Source of the DNA: Setoptus koraiensis
Lineage: Eukaryota; Animalia; Arthropoda
DNA: 64,000 bases
Assembly (NCBI GenBank): GCA_048013815.1
Contig: CM106585.1
Coordinates: 2,790,001-2,854,000 of the forward strand
Reading direction: 5' to 3'
In this document: in pieces, positions 50,109 to 59,598 of the stretch
How positions within the stretch are numbered: position 1 is the first letter of the stretch
Layout: each line of letters opens with the position of its first letter
The notes under the pieces: model-generated
Told to the model about the DNA's origin: nothing
Databases searched by the model: none
Seen by the model: only the letters and a program-made list of their open reading frames with translations
Translations under genes and position numbers: made by a program

Positions 50109-51168
50109 GGGTGTTCTTGCGAAGTGGGCACCCATCAGATCACCACGAAACTCACCATGTGGGTACTCTAGAGGCCCTTGATGACGATTCTTCTAGACCG
50201 GAAGTGTAGAAATTACTCCTTCCGGTTTTAGCTTCAACTTCGAGCTAGAGACATGAAACTTGGTATGCAGCAGACTACAGTCATTCTCAGTACAATGTAG
50301 TTCATCTCATGCCTGTGCGACTTCCGGTTCCAGAGATATTCAGGAAAAACCGCGCGGGTATTCCGCCCGGGACGAAATATTCGCGCGCACGAGAAATTAC
50401 GCGCGCCAAGAGGCTCAGACATGTCGCCACACAAGTCGTCGAAGCGCTTGAATCATGTTCCGAGGCTTTCAACTTTTCTTCTTGTCTCTTACTCTCGTCT
50501 ATGGTTTGCAGTCATGTGAGCGGAGGGTAGAGGGCGCAGCCCGATACCCGAAGCGCTCATCAACCCTACCCGAAGGGTTCCCGTCGCACGCAGTCGTCGC
50601 GGGAGCGACGACGGAGATGTGACGGCCTCCAGATTACGAGGCCGCAGGCCGAGTTCTCAGACCCATCACAGGTGCGGTCCCGAGTGTGGTATCTACCTTG
50701 GTGATAATATTCATGAATCTCGCAAAAAATGAATTTCGCGTGCGCCGGGGATTGACGGGTGAGCATGGGTACCCCGGGTACCGCGCGCTACCCGCAACGG
50801 TCATGCTGCACTCATTCGGTTGTGATTATTACCCTCGCGCAGCCTATTACTAACTCGGATACCCGAAATACCCGGGTAAACCCTGGTATCGCACATCGGG
50901 TTCATTTTAACACTTCCGGTATACGATTTCTGAGTTCAAAATACTTGACTGCACCTTGCTGTAACAAAATTATCTGCAAAAAAAGAAGTGGGAACCGCTA
51001 GCGGTCGTCGGGTATCACAAAACGCCCACTGTGCGGTACCTCGGGTAACTCGGAAACCGTAACTTTCTACATCTTATAAATACCCAATCTGGTATCAGGG
51101 TACTATACCCTACCCAAAAATACCCAAAATACCCCAATCTGATGGGTGCCCACTTCGCAAGTATAACC
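50109..51168. mobile_element. Non-autonomous DNA transposon E2 (1060 bp), GG...CC ends, 8-bp TSD, 32-bp TIRs; related to E1
   Basis: TSD GACTGTGG at 50101-50108 and 51169-51176. TIRs are GGGTGTTCTTGCGAAGTGGGCACCCATCAGAT and (reverse complement) GGTTATACTTGCGAAGTGGGCACCCATCAGAT. Removal restores pol in frame (GRTKTV|ALNPTNAP). Shares a 162-bp core with E1. Confidence 0.9.
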
Positions 51169-51401
51169 GACTGTGGCGCTGAACCCGACGAACGCACCGA
51201 TAGATTTGTCGTGCGGGCTTGACATTGCTAACTGGACGACCGCCGACGACAACCCAAAGGAGACTAGGTGCTTCGGCGAAGTAAATATGATAAGACAGGT
51301 CGATGAAACAACTCATATAGAAATAGGCAACCAGTTGAAGGACGATCAGGCTGAAGAGCTCATTGACCTCGTCAAAGAATACAAAGATATCTTCTCAGAT
51401 T

Positions 51402-51753
51402 CTACCAGGATTTCTAGACCGCCTGCACCACCTACCAATATCACGCATCAAGCTAACATTGGAGTGAGTATTCGTTTCTCTTCCCCGCTTAACTTCTTGC
51501 GCAAAATTTCTAGCGCGTTTAGACAATTTGAGGATGATATGGCCTCTACTATGTATATTGTACCTGCAATTTAATAAATTCATCATGCTTATTAATCTGA
51601 ACATAATAGAGGCCATGTCATCCTCAAATTGTCTAAACGCGCTAGAAATTTTGCGCAAGAAGTTAAGCGGGGAAGAGAAACGAATACTCACTCCAATGTT
51701 AGCTTGATGGGTGATATTGGTAGGTGGTGCAGGCGGTCTAGAAATCCTGGTAG
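51402..51753. repeat. Long near-perfect palindrome: 153-bp arms (51402-51554, 51601-51753) with a 46-bp spacer
   Basis: The arms are reverse complements with three mismatches that I could find. Confidence 0.88.
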
Positions 51754-51834
51754 GCATAGGAACAGGTGCGAGATCAAGATTTTCATCATTTTGAGTATCA
51801 GTAGGAACATAGGATACCAGTGCCAGGCGATCCG

Positions 51835-52148
51835 CGTCCGGGATCCCGTCATGCCTAATACTTGCCTCACCTCTTCTACACTGGAAGGTGGTGGCAATCT
51901 CTCGATGCTCGTGTTGTTGGCTTGCGGCTTAATGCCGTTCCTATTCAATACGTGACCAAGTACATCTGCCTCGTCAAAAGCGAACCTGCACTTCGCTAGT
52001 TTGACGGTAAGATTAGCCTCTTTTATCTTCATCAATACGCTAGCCAAACTTTGCATGTGTTGTTTCCATGTCCGGGACATGATGATTAGGTCGTCCAGGT
52101 AAATGTGGACTGCTTGACCCTTTAATCCCCTCATGACCCTCCAAACTG
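51835..52148 (-). pseudogene. Ty3/Gypsy reverse-transcriptase fragment (opposite orientation to the upstream gag-pro)
   Basis: AVHIYLDDLII...KLAKCRFAFDEADVLGHVLNRNGIKP...VRQVLGMTG is the Gypsy RT C-terminal palm/thumb. Boundaries are approximate. Confidence 0.85.
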
Positions 52149-52149
52149 C

Positions 52150-52415
52150 GTTCTCAGGTTGAACAAAAGTCTGTACGGCCTGAAACAGGCACCGAGGGTG
52201 TGGAAGACGAGCTTCGACCAAATCCTGTCAAGGCTCAACTTCCAACCACTCCTTTCAGATCCATGCTTATTTTCAGACGTCATAAACTCAGAAAGAGTTA
52301 TCCTAGCCGTATACGTCGATGACGGACTGGCGGCATCGGCTTCAAAAGAAGCGCTCAGAACTCTACTTAAGCTGCTATCAGACGAACTGAAGACTAGAGA
52401 AGTGAAGACGAGGAA
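52150..52415 (+). pseudogene. Ty1/Copia reverse-transcriptase fragment (opposite orientation to the adjacent Copia gag-int)
   Basis: VLRLNKSLYGLKQAPRVW...SDPCLF...ILAVYVDDGL is the canonical Copia RT signature. Confidence 0.9.
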
Positions 52416-54257
52416 ATTTGTAGACTGCTAGGAGTGTCCGGGCGCTCTCAATAATGGTTCTGTTAGACCTTTCAGCCCTCCCATTCTGCTGGGGGGTTCT
52501 TGGGGCGCTGTGGTGTAGGTTTATATGTTCTATGGCAAGAACTACTCGGACCCGTTGGTTGAGGAATTCGGACCCGCAGTCTGACCACAGGCTGCGAGCT
52601 CACCTCCCCGTTTCACACTCGATCGTGGAGAAGTAGCTCTCCAGCTTTTCCACCACCTGATCCTTCGTTTTGAGCGGATAAAAGGATCTATAGTTGCTGC
52701 TTTCGTCGGTGAGTATTAGAGCGTATTCGTTGCCTCTCAGGCTCGGTGGGAGTCTCCCTATCAGGTCCATATGAATTACGTCGCCTACTTCTCTCGCCAT
52801 TTCCCTAGTAGTAGGCGGGTGCGTGGTATTCGTTGCTTTGCCCATAGGGCAGGTGCTGCACTGGGGGAGTGACTGGTGATCGATGATGCTTGCTCCAGAT
52901 ACCAGTCCACCCCTTATCACGTCCTCTATCTGTGCGGAACCGATGTGGCCTAGAGCGCTATGCCATTCGCTCATTGTGCGGCTGCTCCTGCCAAATAGAA
53001 TCTTCGTGATGATTGGTTTTATTTTTAGTCGGTACAGACCAGATGGTTGGTATATACCCATCATGACCGTGGGTTTACTCCCTGTACGCGGCTGAAAGTA
53101 GCAGTGGTCCTCTATAAATGTCGTGCAGATCCGTTTACGGATCGCCCCAACTGAGATTAGATTTTCGGCTGCTTCAGGTGCGAATAGTATTTTGTTAATG
53201 GTTATGCTCAAGGGTCCTCGGTTCGTTTCGCTTACAAACTGGATCGACCCCGATCCATATGCCCGGATCGTTTCCTTGTTACCCACCATTATTTCGATGG
53301 GTTCGGCGAATTGTTACCAGCTCGAGAAGTAGTCCCTTGTTTTGCAAACGTGTCCGGTGGACCTGGAGTCTGAGTACCAATCCTCCGTACTTTGTTCTTT
53401 GTTTCTCATCATGAAAGAAACGTTTCTGTCCGTGCTCTGGCGATATTCCTGCGGGCGACTAGGCGGTTTAGATGCAGACTCGTCTCGCCTCCTCCTCCTG
53501 CACTCCCGTATCCAGTGGCCTTGCTTTCCACAGTAGTTGCAGGAGGAGTCAACTTTCTTATCATTTGTGTAGTTTTTCTTGTAGTGAGCCTTTTTCCTAT
53601 ATTCTTTGCTCAGCAGAGCAGTATGACTGGCTTCTGGCTCGTGTATGTTTCTTGCTTTTAGTTTAACCTCCTCAAAGAGTAGCCCATCTTTGAGGCTCTT
53701 TAACGACTGTACTGGGGTGCTGTCCCACACCTGCTTGAACACGTCGTAGTCGGAGCCAAGTCCCCTCAGGAGGTTGGCCTCTTGAGCCTTCTCACTCAGT
53801 GCCTGGCCTTGTCCCGCGAGCCGATCCACTAAAGTCTCCATTTTTGAGATGTAGACTGACATATCGTTGGCATCATCTAGCTTGATTGTAAAGAGCTGGA
53901 TGAAGTCATTGTTCATGCTTACGTTCCCTTCTCTTTCGTAGGTGCTGATCAACCTTTCCCATATCTCTCTGGCAGTGTAATACCGCAAACTTATCGATGT
54001 TCGTTTGGTCCATCGAGGTAATGAGCAACTCCCATGCCTCGGAATCTCTTTTCTCTAGCTGCTGCGCTTTCATTTGCGTCTTCTTCACCAAATACTACAC
54101 TTTCAAGCTTTCTATTCTTGAGTGCCCGACTCATTATTTTCTTCCATGACGTGAAGTTCTTCTGGCCGGTCAATCGAATAACTTGCAGTCGCCTTTGGTG
54201 GCTCTGCGTGTCACCCAGTGCTACCATTTGGTTCTGGGGTTGGTTCTGGTCATCCAT
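52415..54257 (-). pseudogene. Decayed Ty1/Copia gag-protease-integrase region
   Basis: Gag N-terminal [11 protein letters not shown], knuckle CNYCGKQGHWIREC, degenerate protease WYSDSRSTGHVC and GAG-pre-integrase WHSALGH...CSTC. Integrase D-D-E segments are HMDLIG, LTDES, SDCGSEF and PQQNGRAERSNRTIIESAR. Several frameshifts and an in-frame TGA at 52600. Confidence 0.92.
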
Positions 54258-54263
54258 GATGTT

Positions 54264-54407
54264 GGTGTTGGTGTTGGTGTTGGTGTTGGTGTTGGTGTTG
54301 GTGTTGGTGTTGGTGTTGGTGTTGGTGTTGGTGTTGGTGTTGGTGTTGGTGTTGGTGTTGGTGTTGGTGTTGGTGTTGGTGTTGGTGTTGGTGTTGGTGT
54401 TGGTGTT
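54264..54407. repeat. Pure hexanucleotide microsatellite (GGTGTT)24 in the Copia leader
   Basis: 24 perfect units between the PBS and the gag ATG. Confidence 0.93.
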
Positions 54408-54420
54408 CGTGCTGATAACG
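54408..54420 (-). promoter_or_regulatory. Copia primer-binding site CGTTATCAGCACG (half-tRNA type)
   Basis: Directly follows the LTR terminal CA on the minus strand. Its complement CGTGCTGATAACG resembles a tRNA-Ile anticodon arm. Confidence 0.7.
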
Positions 54421-54506
54421 TGTTAGAGTTTTACTAATAGCATATACTTTATTCTCGTAACGAGTACAACTATTAAGTAATTCATGCACAAAGCATCGTT
54501 CGCTAT
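54421..54506 (-). mobile_element. 3' end of the Copia 5' LTR (runs into the assembly gap)
   Basis: The minus strand ends ...GAATAAAGTATATGCTATTAGTAAAACTCTAACA (AATAAA and terminal CA) immediately before the PBS. Confidence 0.75.
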
Positions 54507-55006
54507 NNNNNNNNNNNNNNNNNNNNNNNNNNNNNNNNNNNNNNNNNNNNNNNNNNNNNNNNNNNNNNNNNNNNNNNNNNNNNNNNNNNNNNNNNNNNNN
54601 NNNNNNNNNNNNNNNNNNNNNNNNNNNNNNNNNNNNNNNNNNNNNNNNNNNNNNNNNNNNNNNNNNNNNNNNNNNNNNNNNNNNNNNNNNNNNNNNNNNN
54701 NNNNNNNNNNNNNNNNNNNNNNNNNNNNNNNNNNNNNNNNNNNNNNNNNNNNNNNNNNNNNNNNNNNNNNNNNNNNNNNNNNNNNNNNNNNNNNNNNNNN
54801 NNNNNNNNNNNNNNNNNNNNNNNNNNNNNNNNNNNNNNNNNNNNNNNNNNNNNNNNNNNNNNNNNNNNNNNNNNNNNNNNNNNNNNNNNNNNNNNNNNNN
54901 NNNNNNNNNNNNNNNNNNNNNNNNNNNNNNNNNNNNNNNNNNNNNNNNNNNNNNNNNNNNNNNNNNNNNNNNNNNNNNNNNNNNNNNNNNNNNNNNNNNN
55001 NNNNNN
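54507..55006. other. Assembly gap (500 N)
   Basis: Run of N. ORF-track entries spanning it are artefacts. Confidence 1.
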
Positions 55007-55234
55007 TATATATTTAGATTTTGACGAATGATCTCACTCGATCGGTTGATCATTCGTTGTTGATCAATAACATGACATCTTCATGACAATAAATTGCAAG
55101 CTACGAAGTGCAACAAACTAGTTCACTACTTGATCATTGTGATCACTACTGACCAGATCATTTCATTTTGAACATTTGATATCGATTGATCATTTCTGAT
55201 TCATTCTGACTTTTTGATTCCAGTCAAGTCGATA

Positions 55235-55780
55235 ATGGATTCATCAGAATCGTCTTCATCAGCATCATCGAGTGACACCAATGTCTATGCTGAAATCACC
55301 AAGAGTGAGAAAGGCAGAGACCTCATTTATCACGGAGGATACATCTATTATAACGACAAAAGGGTCGACAACAAATATTATTGGGCTTGCACTGAGTCAC
55401 GGAGTGATCTCAAATGCAAAGCAAGAATGACAACCGAGCTCATTAGAGCTCGACAAGGAGATCGTCCACCTAAACACAAAATAATTAGATGTGATGGCCA
55501 GTGCACAAGGCACAAGCATGAGCCTTCGCCGTTCAAAAAGCTTCAAAAAGATGCACTTGCGGCAATAAAGGCGAGAGCCGGTTCCAGCCGAGATAGGCCG
55601 GCAAACATCATCCAACAGGCTGTTGGGGAGATGCCAATCGATGCTGCCATTGATTTGCCTAATAGAATGGCTATCCGGAGAACAATCAATCGGGCCAGAT
55701 CTGCCGGATCGGGTGTTGCACAACTGCAAATCAAATCACAATGTCGACAGGTGTTTCAAGCTTCATGGTTATCCGAATAG
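55235..55780 (+). pseudogene. Truncated MULE/Mutator-type transposase (FLYWCH zinc finger plus following helical region)
   Basis: KSEKGRDLIYHGGYIY...YYWAC...CKARMTT...HKHEP matches FLYWCH. IKARA...PANIIQQ...LPNRMAIRRTINRAR is typical of arthropod MULE transposase N-termini. No DDE core follows. Confidence 0.78.
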
Positions 55781-56515
55781 GAGCTGTGTCTTGCATTGAG
55801 TTTGCAAGATGCAGGCACCATAAACAGCGACAGTAACAACAACAACAACAAGAACGCACACATTAGCATCTCTCGTTGGCCACCTTTGCCATTGCCAATA
55901 GAGAGTGAATACGAGTCGACGAGTTGCTTCATGGGTTTTCGTCTCGCCCATGACTCATGATGAGCCATGAGTTTGAGTCGCTTCTTGTTATGGTGCGCGA
56001 GCTCACTTGCACTGCTAGACTAGCATACCGCACACTAGCATGTGTGATACCGTTGCGGCATCAGAGCCCGCACATTGCCTCTACGTGTCACGCCTTCTGT
56101 ACCCACGTCCCTACCGAGGATCCGTTATTAATTGATTAATCCGTTATTAATTGGCTATTGGATTATGTTAGTACAGTAGGAATACCTGAATTGTGAAAAA
56201 TTTTGTTCCTAAGAAAGCGGCGCATATTTTAAAATCTGTATCACTGGTTTAATTCACCGTATAAATAGACACCCAATGTAATTGGGTCTTCAAACAAACT
56301 CGCTTGTGTTGTCCTATCTGTAAGAAAAAATTTAGAAAAAACTTGGGGAGAATTCCTTGGGTGAGTCCTTCTCTAGATAGAGATACAAGAGAATCTAGCT
56401 CGGCAATTTGGGATCAAGATCTGGATTTCTATCTGGAGGCAGGGCCCGAATTGGCCTCCGAAAGATTTCCACGGCCGGAATCCCCGGATTTAGATCCACT
56501 GCCGTTAGTGGAATG

Positions 56516-56757
56516 GCAACAACGGCAACGGCAACCGCAACCGCAACCGCAACCGCAACCGCAACCATCACCATCACCATCACCATCACCATCACCATCA
56601 CCATCACCATCACCATCACCATCACCATCACCATCACCATCACCATCACCATCACCATCACCATCACCATCACCATCACCATCACCATCACCATCACCAT
56701 CACCATCACCATCACCATCACCATCACCATCACCATCACCATCACCATCACCATCAC
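56516..56757. repeat. Compound hexanucleotide microsatellite (ACGGCA)n-(AACCGC)5-(CACCAT)~31
   Basis: Direct reading of the sequence. Confidence 0.93.
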
Positions 56758-57840
56758 AACAACAACAACACTGATAACGTTCACTGATAATAATTTTGGT
56801 CTGTATGGTTACGCAACAGCTGGTCCCAGCATAGAGAAGAAGATTTATTCATCGGTTGACAAAGGAATGAATCAATTATTAGGCGATCAGAATCAATTAC
56901 CTGTTATATACATCTCAAAGAAAATACAAGACCAATAAGCTGCAAGCCAAGAGCAAGCAGTAGTGCGGCAGCCCGGTCAGAGGCAGGGTATACGTGCGTC
57001 GGGCATAGCGGTTGTGACACGCCTACGGCATCGCAGTATTCAGCCTACTTGAACAGCGAGCATAGTTTGGTTGAGTCTGCGACTGTGCGAGTTGAGCCCC
57101 AGCGCCGAATCAAGTATTCGGTTGAGTCGGGACTCAAGCGTGACTGGCAGGTAGAAGGCTGGGGCGACTCAGCTATAAGCAGACCACACTTTGGTTCTAT
57201 TATTATTACTATTGCGACGAGTGCTGGCACTGCCACTGGCACCACTGGCACTGCAACTACCATCAGCAGCAGCAGCAGCAGCCGCTGTTGGCGAACACAC
57301 AGCGAGCATTTGATTAACATTGCAAAAACATCGTATCGTTATTATTTACGAGCAGCAGCACACAAACATTAAAATAATAATAATATTAGCCATTGCTATT
57401 GTATATTGTTATATGAAGCACTCACGTTAGACGCTGAGATTTTATACACACAAATATATCAATTATTACCGAGGGCCAACAACAACCATCATTATTATTA
57501 TTAGTATTACTATTATTATTATCATTATTGAAATCATTTTTCATTATCATTATCAAAATTCATTCGATCATTGGACCATTGGACCATTCATTCATCATAT
57601 GTATTATCACAACGCATTATTACTCGATTTGTTATTATCCAATTACTGTCTAATTATTAGCTAATTAACTAATTAGCCACCAGATGTCTTGATATAGGTA
57701 ATCATTAGCATCGTCCATTGCCATTCGTCAAGTATCAGGCTGTTAACGGAAATCGATCAATCGCCTAAATTACACAGGCAAAACACACAGCTTAGCAGCA
57801 ATTGTCGTATCGTATCCAACTATCAAAATCAAATAGGCAA

Positions 57841-59090
57841 ATGGATCACCATGCCCCGCAAACAGACAGCACGCAAAACATTATTCACAGTGCCACCAAC
57901 GACAAAGCCAATAATCATACGACTAATGCAACTGTTGTTGTGCCCATAGCCATTGTCAATGGCACAACCACAACAACTACCAATAACAATGTTGCTAATA
58001 GCCCAACTTCACCAAATTCAAATGGTCAACAACAACAACAGCATATCAAATCAACGGCCAAACAACGTCACAGAGGCTTCCTCAATCAATTGTTGTGCTG
58101 TTTTCGTCCTCCGCCATCTTGTGCTTATCATCAGGATTCAATACACTCTGAGCAGACTAGTATATATACCCAAAGATTTCAAGGAAAATATTTACTACCA
58201 CCTGCGAAACGAAACGATAAAATATGCATGGTTATTGATCTAGACGAGACATTGGTACATAGCTCATTTAAGCCTATTAACAATGCCGATTTTGTTGTGC
58301 CTGTTGAAATTGATGGTGCCATTCATCAGGTTTATGTTCTTAAGAGGCCTCATGTTGATGAATTTCTCGCCCGAATGGGCCAATTATATGAATGTGTTTT
58401 ATTCACAGCAAGCCTAGCAAAATATGCAGACCCAGTGGCAGATCTCCTTGATAAAAAGAATATCTTTAAGGCCCGCCTCTTTAGAGAGTCATGTGCCTTT
58501 TACAGAGGTAATTATGTTAAGGTAAGTTATAACATTTGAGCTGTATCAACAACTCGCTCTTATTCAATGTTCAACATCCAACATGATAATATTTACAGCA
58601 TAATAGTAGTAACTAATCCAACACTCATCATGTCTCTCCCATCATTGCACGTGTTTGTCATGCACCGAGCAGGACTTAAGCAGACTAGGACGTGATCTAA
58701 ATCGTGTAATTATTGTTGATAATTCGCCCGCATCCTATATTTTTCATCCTGACAATGCAGTAAGTAAACCCTCTATATTCCCTATATTCGTGCACTTGAT
58801 ATACACAAAATGCTCAAATTCTCTCAAAAATCAAGCTAATCAATCCTTATAAACTTGCTTGTCTTGACTTGTACGCTCGCCAGGTGCCAGTTGCCTCATG
58901 GTTTGACGATATGTCGGATACCGAACTACAGGACCTTATACCTTTCTTGGAGAGGCTCAGTAAAGCAGATTCAATTTACTCAATCCTTCAAGGTGTCAAA
59001 CAGAACAAACTACTTTCACAGATCAACAGTTCTCTTGTTAGGCAACCGCAACAACCACAACCCCTTCCACATGCCCCAACAACACATTAG
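57841..59090 (+). CDS. CTDSP: CTD small phosphatase (SCP/CTDSP family, HAD-type), ~324 aa; exons 57841-58521, 58673-58759, 58884-59090
   Basis: Catalytic [11 protein letters not shown] motif, KRPHVDEFL and [18 protein letters not shown]. The spliced junctions YVK|DLSRLGRDL and HPDNA|[10 protein letters not shown] match the family, as does the N-terminal LLCCF motif. Introns are GT-AG, phase 0. An upstream exon cannot be excluded. Confidence 0.93.
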
Positions 59091-59598
59091 TCACAAAAAT
59101 TTAATAGTCACCGGAATGAGTCAATTTATTCAATTATTCAACGCGCATACTGCTATTACCATAGAGAACGATGTGTCAAACATTTACATATATACATATA
59201 CACAAGCACACATGTATATATATCTAAATATATTTAAGCATCAAAAAATATCAGACCTGGTGTAAATGTAAAATATAACAAAATACGCGTGACACTTAAT
59301 TTGATCTATGATCCAATGTCTGTGCAATGTTATGCTCTTTGTGTACATCACCACACAAACGATTGAAAATATATAGATGAATTTAAAGATCGTCATGATT
59401 GAATTTGTTGAATCTTCAACTAACACAACAAGGACACTCAAAAACTATACCCACCAGATCAATGATTTCACTTTTTTTCTTTCTCTTCTCTCACTGTCTT
59501 CTAGACTAATTACTCTTGTTGTTTAACATTGTTTTGTTGACGCTTAAGGGAGCTCACTCGAATTTCGGGTGCACGGATATTGTGGCCAAAGCAGGAAT

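Larger units (their letters stand above)
47609..51398 (+). pseudogene. Decayed Ty3/Gypsy gag-protease-pol(5') region, interrupted by two DNA transposons
   Basis: Capsid-like F*GDPTKARAWIEDF...FLGGSARNWY...RRQRQDEPISNFI, two CCHC knuckles (CYNCGARGHISREC, CFSCGGKGHPAKIC), protease C-terminal VILGLD motif and the pre-RT linker LKDDQAEELIDLVKEYKDIF. In-frame stops at 47858 and 49433 and a frameshift near 49170. Confidence 0.88.

Noticed and set aside
54034-55053. ORF-track entries across the GGTGTT array and the N gap
   Set aside because: Artefacts of stop-free hexamer repeats and undetermined bases.
56771-56780. CTGATAACGT after the CACCAT array, similar to the Copia PBS complement
   Set aside because: Only a 10-nt match, no adjacent LTR end, and the neighbouring hexamer differs; likely chance.
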